Source of the DNA: Vicugna vicugna
Lineage: Eukaryota
Assembly: GCA_013265495.1 (NCBI GenBank)
Contig: MU058781.1
Location: forward strand, 11,887,009 to 11,951,008
DNA: 64,000 nucleotides
Direction: 5' to 3'
Part shown: positions 23,894 to 37,241 of the stretch, in pieces
How positions within the stretch are numbered: position 1 is the first letter of the stretch
How the letters are laid out: each line of letters opens with the position of its first letter
The notes under the pieces: generated by a model
Told to the model about the DNA's origin: nothing
Seen by the model: only the letters and a program-made list of their open reading frames with translations
The model's database searches: none
Made by a program: the position numbers and the translations under genes

Positions 23894-26399
23894 AAAAATG
23901 CCAGGAGGAGAAAGCTTGGAGAGGGAAGAGTTAAGGGAGAGTATTACCGCAGCATGAAAATTATTCATTTTTTGAGACAGGCCCCCACATCTCACACTTC
24001 CCTTCATTATCCACAGACGCCCCCAAAGCACCTTTGGTGTACTGGATTCAGACTTTTCTATGTCAGCCGAACATTAAAGAAAATTGTGAGGACAGCCGTG
24101 AGGGAAGTGCAGTGAGTTCAACCATTGGCTCTGCCGAAAGCAGGGCATCCTGATGTTCACTCGAGCTGACTGAACACCTTCTGTTTTGTTAGTCAAGTTA
24201 TTGCCAAATTTAAATAACTAACAGAGGTCAGACACCACTTAATTAATTTCCAAGCATAGTCAGCTAGCTGTGTCCTTGTCCCCAAGGGAAATAAGCTCAG
24301 TGGAGTTCCTTAAATCACATTTTTCCCATTTCTTGAAATAATTTCCATTACCCTGTCTAGCAAAAGTAGGCGGCTGCAGAGAGAAGGTTGAGACGGAATT
24401 ATAAAGCCATTTGGGTTAAATGAGCTCAGTCCATCACTCTTCGAATTCATTGAGCAGACAGCACCTAATAAGCACCAGCTGTCTACAGATCAGTGTTTCC
24501 AAAGGAAACCAAAGGTGGGCAGTCAATGTGGGAGACAAAACAGACATGACTTGAGAATCTCACGGAACACCAGATGTGCAAAATGATGTGGTAGAATCAA
24601 GAACAGGAGAACTATCTGATAATCTGCACATCTTCCTACTTAAAATGTTTAAATCCCACAGTTCTCACTCCTAAGTGCTCTGTCTGCCCTTCAGAAACAG
24701 TTGAAATGTCTAAATGTGGAATTAATGAGCCTTTTGCTTGCCTGCAGCCTTTCTTCACATATATATGAATATCACGGTCCCTTTTCCCAGACTCATGTTT
24801 TGATCCAAACTTTGAATCAGCCAAAATACATTGTATGGACCCGTCTGTCATATAGAATGGTACAGTTACTGGTTAATAGTAAGGAATTATAGTGAAGCAT
24901 TCTTTTAGGAGGGTTTATTTATTTATTTTTCATTTTAGCAAGGAAAAGTTCATGTGGTCCTATTTGCCAGTTATTTTAGCTGAGTTTTAGAAACCCTTAC
25001 ATGATGAGAGTATACATTCTTTCTTTTTTTGCAATAATGTAAGAGTTCAAGGAGCCAGGCTGCTCTGAATTTTTAGGAGTCTCTTTGGCTCAAATGACTA
25101 AGTCTGGTGTCCATACAGGGCCTTCTTTGAAGACTGGATTTAAATATTGGGTGGGTCTGTCTTGGACCCTGTTCTGGGGACCACTTGTTGGAAGTCCCAG
25201 ATGGAAAAGCTCATTATAACCTGATTTTACTCATAAGCACGGCCCCGGGCATTGACACCACTAGAGCAAGGCTTAGTGTCTTGGGTTTTAGTTTTATTCC
25301 CAACCTGTGGATCATCCTTATGTAAAGTCTACCTTAACAGTTGAATGTAATGCCGTACTTTGATTAAGTGATTTCAGAAATGACGGCAGCTGCTTCTCAG
25401 TGACCCCGATGCTAAGACTCCGGTTTCCACACCGCTTGGCTGCTGCCGTTTTCTGACACCACAGCTGTCTGGGTGTAGCTTCTGCCCCCACCCTCACCCC
25501 ATCCCATCTGCCATCTCTCACTCACCACTTCCTCACTTGCTTTGCTTCCAGGTGGCGAATTCCCCAATAAGCTGCTGACTTCCCACCCTCAGAGGGGCCA
25601 GGTCTTAGGCTGACAGTAGCTGCTTTCACCGGGAGAGCTTTCCTTGGCCGGGGCCCCAGCCTGGGGCTCTGCTGCCTCTGCGGTGCCTGCTTTGTACGGG
25701 AGATGTTGCTTCTCCCCCTGGATGTGGAAACTCTTGCAAGAACACTGAAAGGTGCTTTCAGATTCAGCAGCGGTGGCTCCCTCCTCCCACTCACCCCCTT
25801 GTTTTGAAAGCTCAGAATCTTCCTGGAAGGTAGGAAGGTTGCAATCAAGGTTTTCGCCATCTTTGAAGGATGCTGCTTACCTTGGATACGCCTTGTCCTG
25901 ACGGCGGTTCCAGTCTTGGCCTTTTTCCACATGGGGAACGTCCAAAGGGAGCTGTTTTTACCTTGCTGCCTCTCTTAAAGCTTAGCAGACTCTCTCTCCA
26001 GTGCTCCCTCAGCAAGCTGTTACAGTAAGCAGAAAAACAAGCACATTAAACTAAGAATCAAATGCCAAATTTCCCGCTCATTGCCAACCTCATTAGGAAA
26101 CGATGATAAAGTATGTATCCATATAATTACATTATGCATGTAACGACACACTTGAAAGCAGCTCCCCCAGGGACCTTCTTAATGTTTTTGTAAGTATGGA
26201 ATTTCCATTTCAGAATGGGAGTGGGCTGCTTTCAATTGACTTCATCCCCCTTCTTACAGAGGGTAGGAGGGGGAAGGTAAAGGAGAGGAGACCCTTCATT
26301 TTGACCACTGTTCCAGGGTTCTAGAAGGGCCAGCAAAGTGTTGAAGCAGATTTTAGGTTCATGAAGCAGGTTTTGTTGAGTACCCTCTGGGTCAAAATT

Positions 26400-26640
26400 A
26401 GAGTGTAATTTAAGGACACAGGACTTGGAATCACCCAGACTCCAGTCGGAATCCTGGTTTAGTCGCTTTCAAGCTGTATGGCCTCTGGTGAATTTAACAT
26501 TTTAATCTCAGCTTCCTTATCTGGAAAACTGGAAAATGGTGGTGATGCTGACCCATAGGATTATTTTGAGAATTAACCAAGATGATGGACACAAAGCATT
26601 TAGCACAGGGCTTGACTCCCTAAGTACTATTTGTTGTTAG
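26400..26640 (+). mobile_element. MIR SINE
   Basis: gaatcctgg...tctcagcttccttatctggaaaa...cataggattattttgagaattaa...aaagcatttagcacag. Confidence 0.8.
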
Positions 26641-26805
26641 TGTCATTATTGATTTCTGCATGGACAGAACATACAATGCATGTTCTGCCTTCTAGAAACT
26701 TAGAGCCCACTGGGGACATAAGACACATGGAGAGTTTTAGGAAAGAGAGGAAAATATCAGTGCTGTGATGTGGATGGGAGAGAATTTATGGAGGAGCTGG
26801 GGATT

Positions 26806-26885
26806 GGGGCCACCATGTTGCACAACTCCAGGGGCACCATTGTCCTTGTGAGTGGGTCCCTTTGAGTGTTTCAGGTGCATTGGTT
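26806..26885. mobile_element. MER91-like hAT-Tip100 fragment
   Basis: ggggccaccatgttgcacaactccaggggcaccatt matches the MER91A palindromic arm as I recall it. Confidence 0.65.
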
Positions 26886-26923
26886 GGGATTTTGAATGGG
26901 ACCATGAAAGATGGGTGGAATTT

Positions 26924-27062
26924 CCTTTTTTGGGGGGGAGGGGTGGCGGTTGGAGTTAATTAGGTTTGTTTGTTTGTTTGTTTATTTAATGGAGGTACTG
27001 GGGATTGAACCCAGCCCATGCTAGGCATGTGCTCTGTCACTTAAGCTACACCTTCCCCCACC
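26924..27062 (-). mobile_element. tRNA-Ala-derived SINE (camelid Vic-1 type)
   Basis: tRNA-like head with a small internal deletion, (tttg)n tail and taattagg motif. Exact 15-bp TSD agatgggtggaattt at 26909-26923 and 27063-27077. Confidence 0.92.
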
Positions 27063-27894
27063 AGATGGGTGGAATTTAGATGGAAGAGGGATGAAGGTGG
27101 GCTTGGTAGGAATAAACAAGTTTCTTTCGGAGGAGGGTGAGACCTCCCAGCTGGCAGGAGACCCTTTTGCACTGAGGCTGAATAGGAAGGCGGTGGGGCC
27201 TGAGGGGCTCCAGGGCTTGCCTTCTTTCCAGACAGAAAGCCAGGTGGAGTGAACTGTCTGGTGTGGTGGGTACAGGCCAGGGTGAAATGCCTCTATTCTC
27301 TTCATCTTGTCTTCACTGCAGGTCCCCTACATAGGGCTGGGATTGCATACTCCCCTAAAGGCACTTTTCTGTGATAGCCTGATAGCCTTTTAGCCTGGTT
27401 AAGCCAATTTACCCAACCAAAACACTCCCTTGTGCTCTCTGCCATTTTTTTTCTCTTCTCTTCTTTAATATTACTCAGACCTCTTTTTCTTAAATGCCGC
27501 ATTTGCAATATGTGGAGAGATCAAGATGTCGTGTGGTCTTGGACCCTGATTCAATTTATGTAGCTTTAAATTTCTTTTTAACTTCTCTGTGCAGTCCTCC
27601 TCCCACCTTCTTACCTCTATGGAATGTATTCCACTCTTGAAGGGCTCTCAAAAGCTTTAAGTGTGTTGTGGCATAAATTAGGTGGCAAAATATTTTTCTT
27701 ATCATTAGGCTTCTTTTTTTTTTTTTTAAGGCATGTCTTTGGTAGATTTCAATTTTGAGGATATAAAAAACCCATAATGACCAGAAGTAAACAGCATATT
27801 CGATTAACATAACTTTAGCTCAGTAAATCTTCCAAGTTATTTAAAAAAAACCCCACATTTTATTAGATATTAAGTATTACATGATGCTGTAAAG

Positions 27895-28111
27895 CAGGTT
27901 CAGCAAACTTTTCCTATAAAGGGGTCAGATAGCAAATATTTTAGGTTTACAAGTCAATTTTCTGTGGCAAAACTCAACTCTGCCTTTATTGTGCGAAAGC
28001 CGCTATGGGTAAGAGATAAATAGATGGATGTGGCTGATTTGCAATAAAACTTTATTTACAAAAATAGATAATGGGCCAGATTTGGCTCTTTGAAGCAGTC
28101 TGCTAACCCTG
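27895..28111. mobile_element. MER58A (hAT-Charlie)
   Basis: cagcaaacttttcctataaagg...aaatattttagg...actcaactctgcc...caataaaactttatttacaaaaa...gggccagatttggc. Confidence 0.9.
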
Positions 28112-28349
28112 CCCTGAAAGAAAGAGATTTTGTTGGATTGAGAAGTTAAGTGGAAAATTAAAATTAGGTAAGTCACAACCATTTCCAGATAATGAACTCT
28201 GCCAAAACTTGAATCCTATTGTTTGGATTAAACTTGATGTTTAATAATGAGTTTGTAAATAAACCCCAAACATCTTCCTCTATAGTTTTTTTTTTTAATC
28301 AAAAGTCTAAGGTTCAAAACAAGCCTTTCTTTATTAAACAACATTTTTA

Positions 28350-28446
28350 TATGAGTATTTTCTTTGTACCAGGCACTGTGTAGGTCATTGGAAATTCACA
28401 AATAGTTTAGGCACAAACCTTTCCTTGAGGGAGCCACAGTCTAGAC
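28350..28446 (-). mobile_element. L2 3' end fragment
   Basis: gtaccaggcactgtgtagg...ccttgagggagccacagtctag. Confidence 0.6.
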
Positions 28447-30914
28447 AGTGCAACATTGTTGCCAAATGTGGGCCCTGTGCCTTGGACCTCGTGGATACGT
28501 GGATATGGATACGTATGGCTCAACATACCAAGGAACCAGCATCATGAAAGAGACTTGTTAGGGGAACATGTCTTTTCTCTCTCTACTGTATATCCATTTG
28601 GGACTCTTGTATTTTTGTTTCTCTTTATTTGTGTATTGTTAGGGAAAGCCTGCTCAAAGAATTTACGAGTGGTGAAAATGTTTATTTTAGTAACTGAGTC
28701 GCCAGAACTCTCAATCGTGATGATTCAAGAGGTTATGTATTTTCCTGCTCTTTGTAGTTTTTACTCAGTCAACTTAATTCATGTTTTGAATTTCTGTCAG
28801 CTTTCCTTACCAAGATACAGACCAGCCCCCTGCCAGATTGCAGAGGGTAATATTCTAATAGTGACGAAATACACAGGTATAAAAAAAATTGTCCTGTCTC
28901 TGGTCGCCTTCCCAGAGTGTTCTTTGGACCTGAGCCATTCTGGCCTTTGCAGACTGGGTGGAGTTGTTGAGCAGTTCACGAGGAGAAGGCTCCAAAGTCC
29001 AAGTGGGTGTGGGATATGGAGTTCTCAGACCCCAAGTGAGGGGCCCGTGGAGCACTTTGAGATTGGACAGGGACCTGAAATTGACATGAGATGGAGTAGA
29101 GGAGGGAGGGAAGGTTGTTCTCTAAGTAGGGGAATGGCATGGGAAGGTGTGGCTTTTGAGGGGTTGTTTGTTTCATCGACAAAATGCAAGAGGCAGGTGG
29201 AAAGAGGGAGCAGACGTGGCTTTAAGATGAGAAAGACCTGGGCTCAGGTGACTTTGGAAAAGGCTTTGGAAGAAAGGCGGCTTTCATCTCTTTCTACTTT
29301 ACATAATTAAAAAAAAATCCCAGGGAACTACCTTAGTAGATTTCATGAGGTGAGAGGAAGCACTTGGGGTTGAGGGAAGAAAATTAAAGAAAAAAAAAAA
29401 AGAAATAGATACATTTTGACAAATACAGTTGGCAGAGTATGTCAGTGGTGAAAATACAATGGAGTGAATATAAAAATTTATCAGTGGCAGCCATTTATAT
29501 ATTCCCCTAAAAAGCAGAGTAAAGGCCATTGTTTGTTTTGGTGAAATAGTGGCTTGCTTTGAAGTAGAGGGCAATTCTACTTTGTCTCTTTGGGGTCATG
29601 AAGGGTCAGGTGCTGGGAATAAGCTGGGCTCAGACTGTGGCATTTAAGGATGCCAAGGAATGTCTGTGTAAGGCTTTAAACATATATAGATGTAGAAGAA
29701 AAGCAGCATGCCTATCTAAAGTATTTTAGAAATGGAAAACACAAATAATGTATTTCAAAGGCACAAACAATTTCCACAAATATATAACAATCGATAGAGA
29801 AGAGTGTGATCTTCTCTGCTTCTGGTGGCATGAATTGAATCACTCTATTCCAGGTGGGATGAAATCTAGGTTTAAATCTATTGTTGTTAGTATTTTGATA
29901 TTTTTCCCTTCAATAAGCGAATCGCTTACTTTTTTCTGTCTGGATTACCTTGGAATTAAAGTCCTGAGATAGAAAACTATGGCTTATATATTTAAAAACT
30001 TACTATGGAAAATTTCTTGAGAAAAATTATGATGGGAAGTTTTAAATACCTGGAAAAATAGAATAGTACCATGTACCGCCCATCTATTTTCTGTTTTAGA
30101 GATACAGGATTTTGGAATGTTTGTTTTCAAGAAGTGAAGGCTGATTGTCCCAGTGCTCTATCTGGGGGCAAAGCCTGAAGGGCAGATGACATGGTGGGAC
30201 CTTCCCTAGCACAGCTTAGATGTAGCAAAAACAAACGCTCTTGTCTTTTGTCGGTTTTTCCAGTGGTGACGCTCATGTCCCCCTGGGTCCAGCAGCACTC
30301 AGCACCTGTGCCAAAGGTGACGCCTCAATTAAGAGAAACCAAAAACTTGGGGGCAGTGTTTGGATTCTAGCTAAAGCTAAATCAGAACTCACTAAATTCT
30401 GCAATGCCAGCCCGGTGCACACCTGGTAGTTAGGTTTCTGATAGCTTTCTCATCTATAGGAGGGTAGGATTGCTTTGGGTGATGGTTGAGGCTGCCATGA
30501 GCCAGCCCCGCCCCCTCCACACCTGAGTGGAAGTCTGCCTGGCACAGTGGGGACATTGGCTAGTTTTTCCTTAGCAGAAGGATTGGGTGAAAATCATTTC
30601 TACTTGTAAAGTGGCTTTCAGAATGGTACCTCTGGAGCAGGGTACCCATAAATGTGTAGCTATCACTTCATCTCTCATTTCTTAGGGTTGTCCTTTAGTC
30701 ATTGCCATGAGAAATTAAGTGAAAGTCCCAGCATGTACTGCCTTCCGTGATGAGTATCCATTCTGTAATCACTGCTGCTGATGGGGAGTATGTTATTACA
30801 TAATCCATTCATGGTTATTTTCTTTCCCTCTTGGCAAGTCTGAAATCGTCATCCTCAAAAGCATGGCTGCCTGCGATTTTTATGGAAAGATGTAATCCTG
30901 TTTGATTTTGTCCT

Positions 30915-31475
30915 TCCATTCATCCAGCCAAGTACCTAGTAAACATTTATTGATACCTACTGTGTTTTGAATACTTTGCCAGATGCTGGGGGATATAGTG
31001 ATTGCTAAGATAATCTTCCCTTAGAGAGCTCCTAGGCTCGGGGGGCAGTGGGATACTGGGATGGTAACATTGAACCAGTAAGTGCAGGGATAAAGATATG
31101 TGCAGCCTTTCAGGAGAACACAGTCAGCTAGGCATCCGGTGGATGGAAGGGAGGAGAGGACCCCATGGGGAATTTCACGGGCTGGAGATGGAACACAGTT
31201 GCTCTGTGACAGAGCTGGGTCTGTTCAGCTTGCTGATGAGGTGTGGGGAGGTCTGTGACGGGGATCCAGGCGGTGGAGCAACATAGATCTATTTGTGTTC
31301 TGGAAAAGTTCCTCTGGTATTTTTGTGCAGTGTGGTTTTCAGGGACCAAGGGCTTGGAAACCCAGGGAATGCTGAGGCACCTGAACTCTTCATTCATACG
31401 TTTCATTATGTAAACATTTATCGAGCACCTGCTGTCTGCTCTGCTCTGTTCTAGGCCCTTGGAATAAGAGAACAA
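30915..31475 (-). mobile_element. L2 3' fragments (two tails)
   Basis: aaacatttattgatacctactgtg (~30940) and ttcattcat...aaacatttatcgagcacctgct (~31390-31435). Confidence 0.65.
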
Positions 31476-33915
31476 AAGAAATAGTAATAAGACTTCTGGA
31501 AGTTATTAATACCAAGTAAATTGCAGAGGTTTCGATTCGTGATCAGGACAAACTTTGGAATATAGGCTTGTTTTTTAAAGGAATAAATTGATTTGTGATA
31601 GTTTATCTTGGTTTTAGGCCTCTTCTGTGGTGCCAATTAGTGAAGTTTTAATAAGTCAGCTCTTGAGGTTTCAAAGACTGGTTATTCTAGTCTAGTTTAT
31701 CCTGGGCCGTAGACTCTCATTTTCCTGCTCGCTAGCACCTCTGCTAGAGAGTGGGGAGGTGGGAAGAGAGTGAAACTTCAGTCTGACTTGCCATTTGTTA
31801 GATTTGGTAAAGAAGGTGATGAGATTAATACTTCATATAAAAAATTGGATTACAAGTTGTCCATGGGGCTTGTTCTAGTTTGAGTTCCTACTCTCCCAAG
31901 TATGGGTAACTCCATGCCTGGTTGTATCTGCTGGGTGTGTGTCACATACACTGAGGGGTGACATTACCCTTGGACATTGCTTGTGGGCAAATAGCCCAAG
32001 AATTAATACACTTCAGTATTTTACCAATCATATCAATCATTTACAGTACAAAATAAGGTGGTCGATAGAAAGACATAGAATTTATTTTGTGATTCCTCTG
32101 ATCTTTATTGTTACCTGAACTTTGCTGATAAAGTTTAGGAGTAGGAATTTTAAAACAAAAACAAATGAGAACTCCCAGAGGCATTGGAGAAGTAAAAGTA
32201 CTCACCCCCTAGGGTCATTACGAGGGTCGTATGAGTTACTATAAGCAATGCTTAAGGTCCAGTGCATAGTAAATAGTATATACACATTGGCCATTAGTAT
32301 TGACGTACTTTTGAAAATCAATCAGAATTGACATGAAATTAATAAGCAACAGATGAGAATCCTGACAATACTAGATGATACAATAACTAGATAATACTAG
32401 ACAATATGACATATGGGATTAGATAATAGAATATTATATCACCTTTAACTTCATTAGCAAGGGCAGTCTAGACATTTTAAAATATACTTAGGTTCAAGTA
32501 AAGTTAAGTGTTTATACTTGTAGACTCACATTTGAAAAATTCTTGTGATACACGAAACAATAAGCAAATACAGCATTTGGGCTGTGACTTTTCTTTAGCA
32601 GTCCCCAAAATAATAATTCTGAAGCGTATATGCACAAACATAAAAGTCTGGGACTAAACAGATAGCTCAGTGTATCAAGCACTATGCACATCATCCCTGT
32701 TTCAAGACCAATGAAGCATTAATGTAAATGGTTCTGAATTTTCTAAGAGGTCTACACTTCCTTAAATGGGGGATGTACAAACTCTTAACTAGCAATATAT
32801 ATTCTGCAATTCAGCAGCTTTTCAAGCTATGATTTTTATAGCTATCTTTGGGATTTGAAGATGCAGAATTTGGAATTCCTACTTGGGGGTATTTCGTTCA
32901 ACTCAGCAAGCCATTCTTGAGACTCAACTGATGAAGATATTCAACACGACAGAGCATGAGGGCTGGAACCTGAAGTGACTTGTTTTTTGACTGCAGTGAC
33001 TTCAAATCAAAATAAGCCAGCTTATACATATGGATGATGATGATTTTGTAATTGCAATAAAAATATTTTTCATACAAAAATGAGGCCTTGGAGGGAAAAT
33101 GTAAACATATAGGCATTGTATGAACTGGAGAATAATCACCAGATGTGTCTGGGCATCTTTTCCTAGTGGTTAATGACTTCTTGACTTCTGGCTGTTAGTT
33201 AGCAAGTGGACTCTATCATTTTGGATATCTTTGGAAGGATGAAAATGAAACAAGGGAAGCATGTTCATAAAGGAAAAAAAAAAGGAGAGGACCTTGAGTG
33301 GATGGGCAAGTGGGAGAAAATGTCTCAAGTGTGTGGGGCCCCCAGACCCATATGAATCATGTTGTGATTGTAGCATCACACCTGTGATGTGTCTGCAGGT
33401 GTTTGGAAACAGACTTGATGTCTACAAGCTGATAGATATTGCATTTGGTGTGGTTCTCTAGAGCTCCAGGAGACAAGGCTGGAGAGTGTTGAGAGGCCAG
33501 TGTTCCTTAAGGTGATGACCACCCTCGTTGAAAGAGCTGAAGTTCTGTGATAGGAGTGAAGCTTCCTGTTACAGTGATACTATAGATTTCCAGGGGATTT
33601 ATTAGCCAGGCGATGGCATTGTTTTCGTCTTTAGATGTGTATTTCTCTACTTACTCATGGCAGGCTTTACTGTAAGTATAGAAACAACTAACTGAAGGGG
33701 AATTCAGCTTCCTTCCTTATTCCTGGGGATTTCCTCCCTCCCCTGCTGGGGAAACCCACATGCCCGTGTTTGCAAATAACAACATTCATCAGCCATTTGC
33801 AGGGGCCTGGAACTATGCCATGCACTGTGTTTCTCTCACCCCTGGATACCCTTCCTCCTGGAAATGCGCTGATCTTAATGTGGAAGACAAGAGGAACACT
33901 TCCTTATGGGGAGTC

Positions 33916-34517
33916 TGCCATGGCCCAAATGTTTGTGCTCCCCCAAATTCACACATTGAAGCCCTAAATCCCAATGTGATGTTATCTGGAGGTGGAGCCC
34001 CTGAGAAGTAATTAGGTAATGAGGGTGGAGATCTCATGATGGGGATTAGTGCCTTATAAGAAGAGACCAGATAGCTAGCTCTTTCTTTCTTTGCTCTGGG
34101 TGGAAACAGCAGGAAACCATCCATCTGCAAACCAGGAAGAGGGCTCTTATCAAGAACGAAATTGGTATTTGCAGATACACACTACTGTATATAAAATAGA
34201 TAAGCAACAAGGTCCTACTATGTGGCACAGGCAACTATATTCAGTACTTTGTAATAGCCTATAATGAAAAAGAATATGAAAAGGACTATATATATATATA
34301 TACACATATATGTACAACTGAATCTTTATACTGTACAGCAGAAATTAACACAACATTGAAAATCGACTATACTTAAATTAAAAAAAAACCCAAAACTAAA
34401 TTGGCTGGTACCTTTAACTTGGACTTATCAGTCTCTGAAACTGTGAGAAATAAACATTTGTTGTTTAAGCTACTCAGTCTAAGGTATTTGTCATAGCAGC
34501 CCAAGCAGGCTCAGACA
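33916..34517 (+). mobile_element. MLT1A-type MaLR solo LTR, interrupted by an L1 3' end
   Basis: TG...CA ends. aatgtttgtgctcccccaaattcac, ggattagtgccttataagaagag, gaaactgtgagaaataaa and tatttgtcatagcagcccaa are all present. Confidence 0.9.
34166..34391 (+). mobile_element. Short L1 3' UTR end (artiodactyl type) nested in the LTR
   Basis: tataaaatagataagcaacaaggtcctact...gaaattaacacaacattg...poly(A). TSD agaacgaaattgg (34153-34165) / aaaactaaattgg (34392-34404). Confidence 0.9.
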
Positions 34518-35913
34518 AGGTCTATGGGCAACTCTAAAAGAATCTGCCCTTCCTTTAGCCTTCCATTAAATTTTTTAAAATTATGGTACTGTCCACTATA
34601 TGTGTGTGTGTATAATATTATATGTATAATTTCAAGTTATCTTTAAGTCAAGTTTCTAAAAAATGCTAACTGCTGAAGTCAGATTGGAAGTAATTGATCA
34701 CTTTTCTTTAAAGTCTAAAATGGAGTAATTGCTGGAGTGGAATATCAGTGTTTTTTATTCTAGACACTCTGAAACATGAATACTAGTTGGTGCTGGGAAC
34801 TCTTGAGTCAGCATGTGAAAAGAAAAAGGCAGTGAGTTCAGTGTCTGCCCAGTGATCAGAGCCAATTAAGCAGGGAAAGGCAAGCTAATGCTGGCATGGG
34901 CAGCAGCAGTGATGTTTCGTCTGCCTTGTTCTCTGAATGTAGGACTCATGATAATTACGAGCGGTATGCAGTATCAGCAGAATGCAGTTTAGGAATTAGA
35001 ATCAGCAAGCAGGGATCTGAGTTTTCTGCATAAGAGAATTTCTTCTGTGGGGACTAGCCAGTGGTGTTGTGTTATAGGCTAGAAAGCAGTCCAGTCAGTT
35101 GTTAAACAGATGATTGGTTTGTAAATTGTAAAAATTTTCCTGGTAGCCATTACCTACTTTAAAAAAAATGTATAAATATTGCAAAAGTAGAGTACTATAA
35201 TAATAATGATGACAATGATAATAATAATAATCATTATTTCCCAGATATGCTGTGAACTTTTTTCTAAAAGTAGTTTTTGTGATTTAGTTCCCTGTCCCTT
35301 CAAATTTGCTTTTTTGAGGTCTGTTTCCAGTGCTGTAATGGTTAATATTAATAATGTATGTTAGTAGGTTTGTCTCCAAGTTTCTCCTAAAGCTCTGGAA
35401 TAAGCCTCTTATTAACATTATCTGGCAATTTTTTAAAAGGGATTTTTCTAGACTCTTTACACTTCTTAAAGAAACAACCTAGCCAACTCTTTAGAAAGTC
35501 ATAATTTTTGGCTTTTATGATTTGCATGTTTTCATAGATGAGAAAGGGCTTTTAGGGTTGGTTGTATAATTTGATTTGAAACAAGCAGATAAAATAAATC
35601 TGATGGTATACTTTATAAGAGATATTTAGAGCTAGTGGTTGGTACTCTGCAGTGAACTTTATATTTCAATGATATTCACTAATTATTCACTATTACTTGC
35701 AACTATTTCACTTATAATTCACTAATGTCTTCTTATTACGGGCTGGTGGCTGGTGGTACTACTGGCTGGTGGTATTTCCCACCAATAGGGCATTGCACTT
35801 CGCAGGTCATTCATTTGGAGAACTTTGGTAATTACACTACCTTACTTGAATATGGAACTCAACTCCGGACATCAAAGGATAAAGGACTCCTGGGCTTTCT
35901 CTCCCAGGGGCTC

Positions 35914-35931
35914 GGGGGGGGGGGGGGGGGG
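35914..35931 (+). repeat. G18 homopolymer
   Basis: 18 consecutive G. Confidence 0.95.
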
Positions 35932-36099
35932 ATTGGCAGGAGCCCTAGTCATCTTCTGCTGCTGGATCTCAGAATTTCCTCCCTCTTCTTTCTCTCACAG
36001 CTGCCTCTGTGGTATTGAGATCTTACACAAGATGTTGGGTCGAATGAATCTGATCTTGAATTCACTCTCTCCCTCAAGAGTTTTAAGGAATCATTAGAG

Positions 36100-36310
36100 C
36101 TTTACTGTTCAGTACAATAGCCATTTAGTGACGTGTGGCTGTTTGAATTTAATGACTTAAATAAATTGCAATTATAATTTGTATAGTAATAAATTACAAT
36201 GAGATATAATTAAAATTATATTTAAGTTAAAAATTTCTCTGTTGCACTAGCCACATCGCAAAGGCTCCAAAAGGAACGTGTAGCAAGTGGCTACCATACT
36301 GAACAGCAGT
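36100..36310. mobile_element. MER3/MER33-family hAT element
   Basis: gtgtggctgtttgaatttaa...gttgcactagccacat...gtggctaccatactgaacagcag. Confidence 0.75.
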
Positions 36311-37241
36311 CCAAGTTCTCTGGGGCACTGACATCCCTGCAGATGCAATGACGTGCCCCAGGTCTCATTGTTAGTACAGAATCAGGAGTTTGGGATAGCT
36401 GAGCAATTTAAAAAAAATCATGTTGCCCTTCAATTTTGGGCATCATAACTTGAACTAAAACATCTGTCCCTGAAGTATCATGTCCTTCTTCCAAAGTCTC
36501 TGAGAGAGACTCAATAATAGAGTTGGAAATTAGTTCTAACTACGTAATTCTAGTTTTATGAATATTGGTGATTCATCCTAGGCAGTGTGTGTGTGTGACA
36601 TCACATTTTGTACGGTGGCATTTTGCCACGTGTCATATATTGCTAACCCTGGTCTGTATGACACCCGTCATGTAGGCAGATATGGGATCTAGAATCCCGG
36701 GGTATTGGAGTTGGACAGGACTTTTGAGGGGACCTGGTTTAACCCTGCACACATTCTTCACAAGGCTGTGGATGGTGAGAGAACTTCTAAAAGAGTTCAT
36801 TTCTTTTCACAACCTCTAATTGATACTTTGTTTGTTTTATTTTGTTTTTTTTTTTTAATATGAAGCTAAAATGTTCCTTCCTTTGATGTTTACACCTTGG
36901 TCCTAGTTGGCTCACAGAAAACAAGGTTGCTCCCTCTGCTAGGCAGCTCTGTCAATCTTTGAGGACTCTTCCTGTCATTCCTGTGTCTTTTCTCCTTTAA
37001 GCTAAGTAGGTCTGCTTCTGCCAGCTCTGCCTTGTATGACATGTTCTGCAAACCTCTCACCGTCCTGCTTGGCTTCTGCCTGGACCGAGTCCGCAGGGTG
37101 GCTCAGAGCTGTGTGACTGGAAGTTTCACCTTTCATTTGACTGTGTGTCATGGCTAGGTACATTTGGAAAATCGCAAGGCTTTCTTGAGGGGAAAAAATG
37201 GTTACTATTATCCACATGTAGGAAATAACTTAGGTTTTTGG

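Noticed and set aside
25522..25932. 136-aa antisense ORF with ATG
   Set aside because: No recognisable homology. The region is kept only as a possible antisense exon, not as a protein-coding gene.
28456..29310. Longest ORF in the track (284 aa)
   Set aside because: It starts at TTG, resembles no protein I recognise, has no exon-like boundaries and lies next to decayed repeat sequence. It is best treated as a chance ORF.
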